Positions 29,682 through 40,154 of a DNA stretch of 64,000 nucleotides are shown here, piece after piece. Under the pieces are notes generated by a model, which worked only from the letters and a program-made list of their open reading frames with translations, was not told where the DNA came from and did no database searches. Both the position numbers and the translations under genes were made by a program. Source of the stretch: Candidatus Binatia bacterium. GTDB taxonomy: Bacteria; Desulfobacterota; Binatia; UBA9968; CAXXLF01. The stretch spans positions 1-64,000 of the forward strand of contig CAXXLF010000001.1 in the NCBI GenBank assembly GCA_963664015.2, in the 5' to 3' direction. The first letter of the stretch is position 1; each line of letters starts with the position of its first letter.

Positions 29682-29938
29682 ATACTCAGGTTAGGTTCTC
29701 ACTGAATCTATGCCTAATGATATCTCGCAACTGGAACCAAGTTGACGTTTGGTAAACATGCACTGCCTGTTATCGGTTATTGCTCACCAAACACAAAAGG
29801 TAGTGATCACGAGACCGACACAATGATCAACTTCAACCCCGATATCATAATCTTTTTGCAATATATTTCACTTAGCTATATAAGTTAGTATAGTTTCTTT
29901 CAAAATTCACCAAATCCTAATTAGGAGATAAATAAACC

Positions 29939-30433
29939 ATGGCAAATCCAAAAGTATTTTTTGATATGGAGGTAGGCGGGAAAGAGACTGGACGAATTGT
30001 GTTCGAATTAAATGCAGATGTGGTTCCAAAGACTGCTGAGAATTTTAGAGCATTATGCACAGGAGAAAAGGGTTTCGGATACAAAGGCAGTATTTTTCAT
30101 CGAGTCATCCCAGATTTCATGTGTCAAGGGGGAGATTTCACCAACCATAATGGAACAGGTGGAAAATCAATCTATGGTGAAAAATTTGCAGATGAAAATT
30201 TTCAATTAAAGCATACCGGTCCTGGAATGCTATCCATGGCCAATGCCGGTCCAAACACAAATGGTTCACAGTTCTTCATTTGCACAGTCAAAACATCTTT
30301 TCTTGACGGCAAACATTGTGTATTTGGCCAAGTGGTTGAAGGAATGGACGTCGTTAAGAATGTTGAAAAGGTGGGGTCTGCTTCAGGAAACACCAGCGAG
30401 AAAGTTGTAATAAAAGACTCTGGTCAACTATAA
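29939..30433 (+). CDS. Cyclophilin-type peptidyl-prolyl isomerase, CypA-like
   Basis: [56 protein letters not shown]; AGGAG RBS. Confidence 0.97.
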   Translation: MANPKVFFDMEVGGKETGRIVFELNADVVPKTAENFRALCTGEKGFGYKGSIFHRVIPDFMCQGGDFTNHNGTGGKSIYGEKFADENFQLKHTGPGMLSMANAGPNTNGSQFFICTVKTSFLDGKHCVFGQVVEGMDVVKNVEKVGSASGNTSEKVVIKDSGQL

Positions 30434-30678
30434 GGGTGGGGGGCCAGGCTTTTGACGTTTTGATCTGGGGTAAACACTCACTGAGCCGGATGACAGCCTA
30501 TCGAAGATGATTGACTTCGTTTGATCGATCCTGGAGGTGCCGACTCCCATTGCTTATACTGATAATCTCCTCCTAAAGTATCGTGCCGCCGTTGTCTCAT
30601 CTCAAAAAAGAGGGACAAACACATTTATCTGGCCTTTTGCCTCGCACGCCATAAAGTGACAGTCCATGATACAAATGG

Positions 30679-32115
30679 TTATGTTGTACCCGAAGAGGGA
30701 CGTTTGCCATCTCCTCTCAGGATGGATGTTATTAGACCAACCGTACACACAGCAGCCGTAATCCAAAAAGTAAAATTCAGGGCCGAAACGAAGGCCCCGG
30801 CCATCGCCGGTGTCGGTTCCGCATAGGGCATTCCAGAGGAGGCTCGAAAGCCCATCGTCATCAGAAAGCTTGCCAGTGAGACCCCGAACACGCCCCCCAA
30901 GCCGAACATCAGACTGATTGTTCCTGAAGCAAACCCCATGTAGTGCCTAGGAATGTAATTCATAATTCCCACGCTGTTAGCCGGATTGAAAAATGCGTTG
31001 GCCAGCCCTCCCAGGCCGAGGATCAGGGTCGGCAGTATCCAGTGGGAGTCTACTCTCAACACGCCTCCCAAAAGAACGGATATCAGAAGAGCTAGCACGC
31101 CGAAAGTCGCCGGAGGGCGTGGGCCAAAACGGTCGGCCAGGGACCCGCTGAGGGGCGCAAGTGTCACTGTGAAGATCGGGGCAATTACGAACAGAAAACC
31201 AATTACAGTGGGAGAAAGCTTCAAAACGTCCTGGAGATAGAAGGGCAAAATAACGCTGCTAGCCACATAGATTGTGGCCATGATTAGAAGGCTCAAGGAG
31301 CTGAATGTAAACATCCGGTCACGGAAGAGCGCAAAGTTGACCATCGGACTCGGGAAACGACGCTCCCAATAAACAAACCCAAGGGAGCATGCGACCAAAA
31401 CTGTTGCCACTAGCGCCTGCAAACCCGTTCCCATGATGCCTGCCAAGCGCCGGTCCAGCATGAGAACCAGTGATATGATGCTGACAAAGAACAGGGTCGC
31501 GCCCAGGTAATCAACAACAGGCCGCGGTCTACCGGTTGGTCGGGGAGGGATGCGCTTGAGGTGTATGAAAATCAGCAGAGCCCCAATCCCCGCCAGCGGA
31601 ACGAATCCGAAGAAGGTCCAACGCCAACCCACATAATCAATGGTCAGCCCACCCAGGCTCGGACCTAGCAAAAAGCCCATGTGAAACGCCGTCGTCATGT
31701 ACCCCTGTGCCCGACCTCCGCGCCCTGGGGCTGCAGCTTCAAATGCCAAAGCTCGGCCCACTGCCTGATTCATCGCGACCCCCAACCCCTGCAGTACACG
31801 AAAAGCAACGAGTTGGGTGATACTCTGCGCTAGGCCGCAAAAAAGGGAACCCAGCAGAAACACCCCATAGCCGACGCCATACATCTTGTGATGGCCGTAG
31901 AGATCTCCGATTCTCCCGAATACAAGGGAGAGCCCGCCGGATGCGAGTGAAAATCCCAAGACGGCCCACAGCACACCAACCACGTCCGTATTCAGGTCCG
32001 CCGCCACAGTGGGCATGGCCACGTCGAAGATCCTGATGGAGGCCCCGGAAACAAACGCACCTAACAATGCATTGGATAGGAGAAGGGGATCGCCGCGTGG
32101 ATTCAATGGTTGCAA
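30679..32115 (-). CDS. MFS transporter, DHA2-like 14-TM
   Basis: FGRIGDLYG motif A, FRVLQGLG, GPSLGG, WRWTF. Confidence 0.9.
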   Translation of the reverse strand: MQPLNPRGDPLLLSNALLGAFVSGASIRIFDVAMPTVAADLNTDVVGVLWAVLGFSLASGGLSLVFGRIGDLYGHHKMYGVGYGVFLLGSLFCGLAQSITQLVAFRVLQGLGVAMNQAVGRALAFEAAAPGRGGRAQGYMTTAFHMGFLLGPSLGGLTIDYVGWRWTFFGFVPLAGIGALLIFIHLKRIPPRPTGRPRPVVDYLGATLFFVSIISLVLMLDRRLAGIMGTGLQALVATVLVACSLGFVYWERRFPSPMVNFALFRDRMFTFSSLSLLIMATIYVASSVILPFYLQDVLKLSPTVIGFLFVIAPIFTVTLAPLSGSLADRFGPRPPATFGVLALLISVLLGGVLRVDSHWILPTLILGLGGLANAFFNPANSVGIMNYIPRHYMGFASGTISLMFGLGGVFGVSLASFLMTMGFRASSGMPYAEPTPAMAGAFVSALNFTFWITAAVCTVGLITSILRGDGKRPSSGTT

Positions 32116-32268
32116 GATGGCCTCCCGGCATTAACGTGTCCAGGACACCGAATAGTGCCTAGCACCGCCCATAATCTGGATGGTTGTTGGAAAGTAAAAT
32201 GGAAAAAATCGACCGTGACGTCGATCGACCACGTACGAGGCAACAAGGAAAGCTGCTATTTTTCTCAA

Positions 32269-33345
32269 TTAAGCCCGGCTGTTGAGTGGGTGGCTCATCC
32301 GGACCGGTGTACCATGGCGAGCGCATTCCCTCTCAAAGAGCGAGTGGATTTTTTCGGCAACGTCTGGATCGAGATCCTCGAATTCGAACTGATTACCGCC
32401 TTCTTTGACGCTGGTCACCGTCCCGTCATGCATGTGGGTAACCGGGCGATGGAGGCTGTTCAGCTTAAGGGCCAGGTGTTTGCCCGGTTCTTTCGAAGTA
32501 ACGCAGTGCATGTGCCACCACCAGGTAGGCGGCACGAGCATGGTTCCTTCCTTCCAGTCCACCTTTTTCATTTCCCCGCCATCGGGCCAGGTTAGGGAGT
32601 ACCCTTCCCCGGCAAGCCAGATCACGTGGGCCCCGGGACCGTGACGGTGCAGCTTGCTGTAAACTCCGGGGGCTATTTCCAGGATATGCGCACCCATAAC
32701 CCCATTGGCCATCTCGATAAGGTAGTTCTTTGTCCCTTTACCACGGCTCACCTTTGCCCCTTCCTCAGCGGGCATCTTGAGCGTGTTCACATTGGCCACA
32801 AGGTTGGACTCAAGGACTTGATTCACCGAGTCATCGGACCGGGAGAAGTAATCGCTCTTACCGTCATAACGATCCGGGAAAACGCATGGGTTTTCGAAGA
32901 TAAAATCCGGTTGGCGATAGAGGCTGAGCACGATGGGAGCGGTCGTGACGGAGAGAAAGCGCACTGGTGAATGGCCCTCCACGTTAAAGTGCTGATGCCA
33001 GGCATTCAAAGGGACCGCGAAGAGGCTGCCGGCTTCCCATTCAAAGGTTTGCTTGGGCCATCCCTCGTACCACACAGAAGTCGCCCCCCGGCCGGAAAGG
33101 ACATAGATCAATTCTTCATAAATATGCCGCTGGGGCTTGAACTCTTTGCCCCCCTCGATTTCAGCGACATAGGCTCCGAGCAGGTCGCCCGTACCTTCAA
33201 GATCGACATGAGCCGCCGCCCCCCCGATTCTCTCCCACCACCGAAGGGCAAGCTTGGTCATATCGTCGATGTGAAAGCCACGAATGATCTCCAATCCCTC
33301 TTCCTCAACCCACTCTTCGTAATACGTTTTCCGACCTTGAAACAT
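32269..33345 (-). CDS. Bicupin protein (gentisate dioxygenase-like fold)
   Basis: QRHIYEE..VLSGRG..PLNAWHQHFN and KLHRHGPG..PTWWWHMH cupin motifs. Confidence 0.8.
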   Translation of the reverse strand: MFQGRKTYYEEWVEEEGLEIIRGFHIDDMTKLALRWWERIGGAAAHVDLEGTGDLLGAYVAEIEGGKEFKPQRHIYEELIYVLSGRGATSVWYEGWPKQTFEWEAGSLFAVPLNAWHQHFNVEGHSPVRFLSVTTAPIVLSLYRQPDFIFENPCVFPDRYDGKSDYFSRSDDSVNQVLESNLVANVNTLKMPAEEGAKVSRGKGTKNYLIEMANGVMGAHILEIAPGVYSKLHRHGPGAHVIWLAGEGYSLTWPDGGEMKKVDWKEGTMLVPPTWWWHMHCVTSKEPGKHLALKLNSLHRPVTHMHDGTVTSVKEGGNQFEFEDLDPDVAEKIHSLFERECARHGTPVRMSHPLNSRA

Positions 33346-33644
33346 AGTCAATTCCCCCACCAAGGTGACTCTCTGTGACCCTGTAGCACTTTTAAAATAT
33401 ATAATTAGATACTTAAACTATTCTATGCAAACTAACTGTATCCAGGCGTGTTGCTAGCAATATATTATGAGCTGATCCAGTCTGGATTTACAAAATCAAA
33501 CTCTTCCTAACCGGACCCTATGAGCATTTCATCTCCTAAATACGGGATATGAATTAACCCGAGCATAGCAAGTGCTCCCTAAATAGGTCAATTTAAAACG
33601 AGCAAATTCTATTTGTTTGGGCAATAGATTCCAAGGGTCCTGAA

Positions 33645-34016
33645 ATGGCAAAGGTCTTTTATCGTACGTTCCAGTTTGACCTGACAGACGCAGATCCATT
33701 TTTTATGGACGTCAAAGACGTGGTGATCAGAGTGGAAGACGGTGATTCAGGGCTTGATTAACAATACGGGGATTGGGACCGCGCAACGTGCATTCATACC
33801 TCACAAAGGTTTCTCTTTGAGGCTATTTCCGGTCGACGCATCATAAGTGAGGGTTTCTTTGATCAAGAAATGGGATTGACTCCACGCCGGGCAGCGGATC
33901 TCGATAAAAGCGCTGCTGCTATTATCGCCTGGTTTTATAATCTCATTCGTCTGTCTCACGAGCAAATAGCAAGGAAAGCCAATCAAAACGATAGGTCCAA
34001 TCTTGCCAACCAATAA
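33645..34016 (+). pseudogene. Unannotated 123-codon reading frame with one internal TAA
   Basis: MAKVFYRTFQFDL...GLD*QYGDWDRA...NLANQ*; TAA at 33759-33761; ends 17 bp before the Rieske gene. Confidence 0.45.
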
Positions 34017-34033
34017 CCGTCCGCAGTGAACTC

Positions 34034-35178
34034 ATGGCTACCAGAAAGAAAAGAACCACACCTAAAAGCAATAAATCAAGATACCAGGACTTCAGTCATA
34101 CTGGGGCTGATACACTTGCCGACCAATATCTACGAACATTCTGGTGGCCCTTGTACCGCTCTGATGACCTGAAGTCCCGAACGGCCCGACCGGTTCGCAT
34201 CTTGCACGAGAATTTCACCCTTTATCGGGGAAAGAGCGGAAAGCCCAGCGTTCTGGCCCCCCGCTGCGCCCATCGAGGGGAACAGTTGTCAATAGGTTGG
34301 GTCGAGGGAAATTCCCTTCGTTGCTTCTATCATGGTTGGAAATACGATGCAGCGGGTCAGTGTGTGGAGCAACCAGCGGAGGATCCGGCCTTTAAAAAAA
34401 GGTCAAGATTCGAGCGTATCCAGCCCAAGACTACCTGGGTTTAGTTTTCGCCTATCTGGGAGGAGGGAAGCCATCGGCGTTACCGCGCTATCCCTTCATG
34501 GAAACAGTCGACGAACCTGGTTGCATCCTGGCGGTGGGAACGAATACAAGACCATACAATTACAGAAATCGGATCGAGAACAGCTTCGATCCCGTCCAGA
34601 TCGTATTGGTACACCGAAACTCGGAGTATCAGGGCTTAACGGGTTACCCGGAAGTGCCGGCCGAAGAAACTGACTATGGATTGTTCCTGAACTCGAAACC
34701 ACCGGGAGGAGCCGTTCGGATTATCCAATTCCAGATACCGACCATTCTATACATCAAGCAAGGTCCCCGGCTGCCATTTGAAACCGCGTGGAGGGTGCCC
34801 ACCGACGACCACAGCAAAACACTTTTTTCTGTCACGCTGATCCGCGTTAAGGATGAGAAGGCGAAGCGCCAGTTCTCAGAAATCGACGATAAGATTATTG
34901 CCAATAACCCCGCCCCTCAACTGGGCGACGCCGTACTGGTAGGGGAAATGCACATTGACGAAATCAACGACCCCAAAGTACGGGTTAACGTTCAGGACTA
35001 CGTAGCCCAAATGGGACAGGGGACCATAGCAGACCCGGAACACGAGAGACTGGGCCGATCGGATACCAAGATCATCCTGTTACGAAAAATTTACGCGCGC
35101 GAGATTCAGGCCCTGGCACAGAAAAAACCCCTTAAAAAATGGTTCCCGCTCACCCCGTCAGCAACCATCGGGCTATAA
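34034..35178 (+). pseudogene. Rieske oxygenase (phthalate 4,5-dioxygenase-like), frameshifted
   Basis: RCAHRG..CFYHGWKY; -1 shift in the A7 run at 34394-34400 (restores KVKIRAYPAQDYLGLVFAYLG); iron motif ENSFDPVQ has lost its His. Confidence 0.8.
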
Positions 35179-35233
35179 GGTTCTAAATCCGGATGTGCCT
35201 TCCAGATCGTTTGCGGGAACGACCCGCTAAAAT

Positions 35234-35515
35234 CTAATTTTTAACTTCAATTTCCTTATCAAACACAATGTAATCTTTAATATCTCCTGCTTTTCCTTTA
35301 GGGTCCGGGTAGTGCCAGGCGGTGTCCTTTATATACTGATCATTCACCTTCACGTGGTAATAACTGGCCACTCCCTTCCAGATGCAGGAGGAGTGCTTCT
35401 CACTCTTTTTCAGAAACTCCCTCCGGACGGAGTTTGGAGGAAAATAATGGTTTCCTTCGACTACGATTTTCTTGGCCGAGTCTGCAATGGTCACGTTTTT
35501 CCAAACCACATTCAT
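35234..35515 (-). CDS. DUF427 domain protein
   Basis: VEGNHYFP, C.WKGVASYY, AWHYPDP. Confidence 0.9.
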   Translation of the reverse strand: MNVVWKNVTIADSAKKIVVEGNHYFPPNSVRREFLKKSEKHSSCIWKGVASYYHVKVNDQYIKDTAWHYPDPKGKAGDIKDYIVFDKEIEVKN

Positions 35516-35597
35516 AATTGCCTCCGGTGAATTCAACTCAAATTAGCGCATAATTTGGCATGAGGAAAAGGGGGGTTCAAACCTCAAAGGTTCTTGG

Positions 35598-36978
35598 CTA
35601 ACCGAAATAACCCAGATAGCGCCACCACAAAAACTGCAGTGGTAAGATAACCAGCCAGGCCAGGGCAGTCATAGCCAGCAGGAGACGCATGAGTTGGCCG
35701 GCACTCAAACCGCCTAGCTGGCATACAACGACCAGAGGCGGTAGCTGATAGGGGAATAGGGTCGTCGTCCAGATCGGCACTTGCGCCATCAGAACCGTGA
35801 TCAATGGCCAACCCGTGGCTACAGAGATCTTCAACGCTAGGCTGGTCATGATGGCCGGCTGGCCTGGAATGGTGACCAGGGCTGCAATGACCATTCCAAT
35901 GACACTGAGGGCGGCAAAGTTACCCGCGTCGTTTCCTGGGGTGAGCGGTACAATGGAAAAGAGCAATCGACCTACCAGCTCTCCAAAACCACTTTTCGCC
36001 GCCACGGCACCGAGCCCAATCACACCAACGATTGAGAACCATGGACCCAGATTAATCTTACTGAGTAATGAGCCTACGGGGACCATGCCCGTACGGGGGA
36101 GAAGGCAGGTTATCGCTGCGCCCATGGCGATCCATGCGGGGGATATACCATGGGCAAAATCGGCCATCCACAACGCCAAGCAACAGAACAGGATAACCGT
36201 CAGCCTTCTCTCCTCAGGGCTAGAGGGTTCCTGCACCTGGGGAGGGGGGGGGCGCTACGGAGCTCATCTGGATAGAGCACTCTGATTATGGCCGGGAGAA
36301 AAAGGATGCTCGTCGTAGCGATAACCGGGAACTGCATCAGGAAATACTGGCCGTACGTCACTCGAATGCCGTGAACGCTTTCGGCGGCACCGAGAAGGGC
36401 CAGGTTCGGGACTGCGGCCGTAAGGATACCGAAGCTCGGGTAAAGGGTTCCCGCACTGACAGCGAGGGTAATGGCGACCCGCCCGTTACTGCCCTGAGTC
36501 CATCCAAGCCGGTTGGCCAGGCCAAGAAATATGGGTAGCAGGATCATAATCCGCCCCATATTGGACGGCAGGACAAATGCCATCAATGCAGCAACGATGA
36601 CCGACCTTGCAAGAATACTGAAGTAAGAACCTCCGAAATAGCCAATTAGAGTGCCTGCGATTCGCGAGCCGAGGCCGGTCGTTTGCACCGCATGACCAAT
36701 TACCAGGCCGCCAAACACCATCCATGACGCAGTTGAATGAAATCCTGAAAAACCACCTGGGGCGGGACGTCGGTCAGGGTGACGGCAAGAAAGAAGAAAA
36801 TGATCGAGGTGAAGTATTCGGGTATGACCGCCGTCGCCCATAATCCGATTACCGCAACGATTACACCCGCGGTTCGCATCACACCCGGGGGCAAACCATC
36901 CGGCGCCGGGACAAAGTACAGCAACGCGCCCACCAAGCACACGAATGCTGCAATAGTGTGCGCTAAACTCCGAGTCAA
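35598..36978 (-). pseudogene. SLC13/DASS family anion transporter in three frames (frameshifts may be sequence errors)
   Basis: GLWAT.VIPE, WMVFGG, PSNMGR, AVPNL, FPYQLPP; frameshifts at A5 (36748-36752) and G9 (36244-36252). Confidence 0.75.
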
Positions 36979-37011
36979 AACCGTAACCTCGATCTGATTT
37001 GGCTGAGACCC

Positions 37012-37617
37012 TCAGCGAATCTCAAAGGGGATTTGTATGGGACCGTTTCCATGGGAGCAGGTTCTCTTTTCAGGGTCATAGCGCAGAAAATTCCCCCTCT
37101 GGGTTACGGGTACGGAACGAATGATGACCGCAACGGATCGGTTCGCCCCACCTTTCTCAGCATGAATAGCAAAGGGTGGCACCAGGTCCACCTTGCCTTG
37201 GCTTCCGTCGTCGACGTATTGCAACTCCAACTCCGCGTACCCTTCCTTCTTTCCGTCATCGAGGCGGCGATAGTGCTCCAGCTTCTCCTGACCAACGAGA
37301 AGCCCGTATGCGGTCCAGCACTCACCATGATCATGGACGCTACCCACTCGGCCGGGGGTGCGCACCACCCCATTGATGCAGAATCCGTAATCCGGGTCTT
37401 CAAAAAAAAGAAGGTTCTTGGCGGGGCGACCTTCGGTGGAAGGCCAACTATTCGAGTGTTCCTGCAGCGCCGGATGACTCACGACTCCTTCGAGCAACTG
37501 GGTGGCACGTTTCATTCGGGATTCCGTGTCAGGAAGCTCGCTCCATGCCGCACGCAAATCCTGAATGAATTGATTAAAAACCGGAGCTCCTTGCGAAATA
37601 GTCGCTGTAGCTTTCAT
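37012..37617 (-). CDS. Cysteine-dioxygenase-like cupin metalloprotein
   Basis: LLFFEDPDYGF, VHDHG.CW..YG, AIHAE (three-His site); AGGAGG RBS. Confidence 0.7.
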   Translation of the reverse strand: MKATATISQGAPVFNQFIQDLRAAWSELPDTESRMKRATQLLEGVVSHPALQEHSNSWPSTEGRPAKNLLFFEDPDYGFCINGVVRTPGRVGSVHDHGECWTAYGLLVGQEKLEHYRRLDDGKKEGYAELELQYVDDGSQGKVDLVPPFAIHAEKGGANRSVAVIIRSVPVTQRGNFLRYDPEKRTCSHGNGPIQIPFEIR

Positions 37618-37638
37618 TAAGTTACCTCCTGCTGGCAC

Positions 37639-38766
37639 TTAGTCCAACGCATAAAAACCAGCGCAATTGTTCCAAAGGATGTTTCGCCTGTCCTCGTCGC
37701 TCAAAGGCATTTTCAAGAAGGTTTGCAGAGCCTCAGGAAATCTGGAATCGCCATGGGGATAGTCGGTAGAGAAAATAATATGTTCGCTGCCCATATGCTC
37801 AATGACTTGAAGGGCGGGCTCTTCCTCAGGCTCGATGGAAACAAAACACTGCTTCTTGAAGTATTCGCTCGGTCGCATGGCCAGATCTATGGTCCAAATG
37901 TCTCCTTCGAGTTCGCAGGCCTCGTCCAGCCTCCAGAGGATCCATGGTAGCCAGCTGCAGTTACCCTCCAGAAAGGCCACTCGCAGTTTGGGGTGCCGCG
38001 CCAGAACTCCACCAGCGCACATGCTCCCCAGAGCAAGCATCTGCTCCATGGGTTGAGCGTAGACCCTTCGCAGCATAAAATTTGGTTCGAACCGTTGTCC
38101 CGGATTATTCACACCACTGCGGGTCGCTTCATGAAAACCCAATGGAATATCCACTTCTTCCAGGGTCGCCCAGAGAGGATCGTAGTATTCGTCGTACCAG
38201 TTGTGCCCATTGAAGAGGTTGGCCCGAATGAAGATAGCCCGGAATCCCAGCTCCTTGGCACAACGCCGCGTCTCCTTAACCGCCTCGTCTATGTCAAAAG
38301 GAGAGATCATCGCAGCGCCGAGAAGTCGATGGGGATCCGCACTGCAAAAATCAAAAAGCCAGTTGTTGTAAGCGCGTGCTATGGCTGCTGCAAAGCGGGG
38401 TTCCATATTGGGTTCCGCGAGCGCGGTCAGTCCCCTGGTAGGGTAGAGCACGGCAACATCGATCCCCTCGATATCCATGGCTTCGAGCTGAACCTTGGCC
38501 GACCAGCCCTGATCCGAATAATACTGATAGATGCCTTGCGTCCGATTAAAGTTCTGGCCCCGGCTCTGCCGGGTCTTTGCCCTGTCCGGGTTGTAGCCCC
38601 ATTGGCGACCGTCAGGGTGAGCCATGCGAAGATCCCTTACATCCTCGCTCGTCAGCCCGATGGGTGCCTCACCCTTGAACTCGGAATCGATATAGCGCTG
38701 CCAAAGATCAGGCGGTTCCATGATATGCATGTCGCTATCAAAGATCTTGAAACCATTTTTTGCCAT
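37639..38766 (-). CDS. Amidohydrolase_2 family protein
   Basis: DSDMHIMEP, AYNNWL, GFHE, FLEGNCSW, FSTDYPH. Confidence 0.9.
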   Translation of the reverse strand: MAKNGFKIFDSDMHIMEPPDLWQRYIDSEFKGEAPIGLTSEDVRDLRMAHPDGRQWGYNPDRAKTRQSRGQNFNRTQGIYQYYSDQGWSAKVQLEAMDIEGIDVAVLYPTRGLTALAEPNMEPRFAAAIARAYNNWLFDFCSADPHRLLGAAMISPFDIDEAVKETRRCAKELGFRAIFIRANLFNGHNWYDEYYDPLWATLEEVDIPLGFHEATRSGVNNPGQRFEPNFMLRRVYAQPMEQMLALGSMCAGGVLARHPKLRVAFLEGNCSWLPWILWRLDEACELEGDIWTIDLAMRPSEYFKKQCFVSIEPEEEPALQVIEHMGSEHIIFSTDYPHGDSRFPEALQTFLKMPLSDEDRRNILWNNCAGFYALD

Positions 38767-39023
38767 AGGGGACTCCCTTCCTGATGGATTTCTAATCTGA
38801 ATTACCTCAGTCGGGGCAAAATGTCCATATTTATGCAGGTAACAGTAATGTTCTTACCTTAAACAAATGCTGGAGATCACCTGGGTGCAAGAGGGTTGCA
38901 ATCGACCCTTAGTAGCTTTAGTTTCTTCTTGTTAAGCTACTGGATTGGCTCTACAATCACAATTGCAGAGAGTCGCCAGCCTTGGTCAAATGGTAACTAC
39001 GAATCATCATCGGACTGCAACAC

Positions 39024-39638
39024 ATGAAAGAGCCATCAGATACTTCCGAGAAGCTACAATGGCCAAAGGTGTTGGTTTTCTGCCTGCTCGCTCTTCTCGG
39101 CTTAACCGTTTTGGGGCTCTTCCACGGATATGTGATCCGTAGTCACACGATCCGAGCCTTCAAGATTGGATCCGCGTCCATTGCCCCAACCCTCTTGCCA
39201 GGCGACCAAATCCTCGTTGACAAGACCCTCTCGCCTCGAAACGTGCAAAGAAGGGACATTATCGTATTCATCTTCCCTGAAAACCCGCAGAAACGATTTA
39301 TGCATAGGGTTGTGGGTCTTCCCGGTGAGCAGATCGAATTAAGAGGGGAACACCTACTGATCGACGGTAAGCAGACAAGGGAAGACTACGTCCTTCACAC
39401 AAGCAATGATTTCGTGCCGAAACGGGATAATTTTGCACCGGTGGTCGTGCCTCCCGAATCGCTTTTTGTCATGGGTGACAACCGCGATCGAAGTTACGAC
39501 AGTCGATTCTGGGGCCCCGTCCACTTTGAAAAGGTCTTGGGAAGAGCTGAGATGATCTATTGGTCATGGGACAAAGAGAACTTAACCGTACGTTGGGGCC
39601 GGATCGGGAAGCGAATCGAGCAGGGGAGTTCAGGCTAG
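39024..39638 (+). CDS. lepB: Signal peptidase I (LepB-type) with an atypical catalytic residue
   Basis: SAS.APTLLPGDQILVDK, HRVVGLPGE, GDNRDRSYDSRFWG, WGRIG. Confidence 0.85.
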   Translation: MKEPSDTSEKLQWPKVLVFCLLALLGLTVLGLFHGYVIRSHTIRAFKIGSASIAPTLLPGDQILVDKTLSPRNVQRRDIIVFIFPENPQKRFMHRVVGLPGEQIELRGEHLLIDGKQTREDYVLHTSNDFVPKRDNFAPVVVPPESLFVMGDNRDRSYDSRFWGPVHFEKVLGRAEMIYWSWDKENLTVRWGRIGKRIEQGSSG

Positions 39639-39698
39639 CGATATGCTTCGGATCTTATCCGCAATAGTAAATTCTATTTGACACGTAAGGAGGAACCG

Positions 39699-39848
39699 GT
39701 GAGCTTCAGTCTGGCCAATCCTGTTATCTTAACCATAGTCATTATCGGTTTTGCCCTGCTCTGTCTGGCTACCGTGTGGGTTTACTGGCAGGGATGGAAG
39801 ATCCTTGACGGGTTGAGTTCAGCGATTTGGACAAGGAACAAATCCTAA
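39699..39848 (+). CDS. Small single-TM protein (49 aa)
   Basis: AAGGAGG RBS, GTG start, MSFSLANPVILTIVIIGFALLCLATVWVYWQGWKILDGLSSAIWTRNKS*. Confidence 0.5.
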   Translation: MSFSLANPVILTIVIIGFALLCLATVWVYWQGWKILDGLSSAIWTRNKS

Positions 39849-39888
39849 TTGAGAAACTCAGGGGTGATCCGATGATACCCCTCCCGCC

Positions 39889-40098
39889 ATGCGGCAGATT
39901 GAGGTTCGTGTCCTTACCCTTTGCGTTGTCCTTGCCGCCTGGCCCTTTCTCTCAATAGGCTACGTATTTCTCGGCGGATTGGCTTTTACCCTGATTGGGT
40001 TAATGTTTGGCCTGATCTGGTGGTATTTCTGGGAACGTACCATTGGTTTTTGTAACCGGGTAGCGGCGGCCAGGCACTGGCTAAAGACGAGAACTTGA
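39889..40098 (+). CDS. Small two-TM hypothetical protein
   Basis: 69-aa strongly hydrophobic ORF. Confidence 0.45.
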   Translation: MRQIEVRVLTLCVVLAAWPFLSIGYVFLGGLAFTLIGLMFGLIWWYFWERTIGFCNRVAAARHWLKTRT

Positions 40099-40154
40099 CG
40101 TTAAGGAGGTGGGAAGGAGAGATGCAATCAGGGAAAAGGTTCTTTGGAGAACCG

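Noticed and set aside
37033-38784. Long plus-strand ORFs (195 aa and 263 aa)
   Set aside because: Antisense shadows of the CDO-like and amidohydrolase genes, with no motifs of their own.
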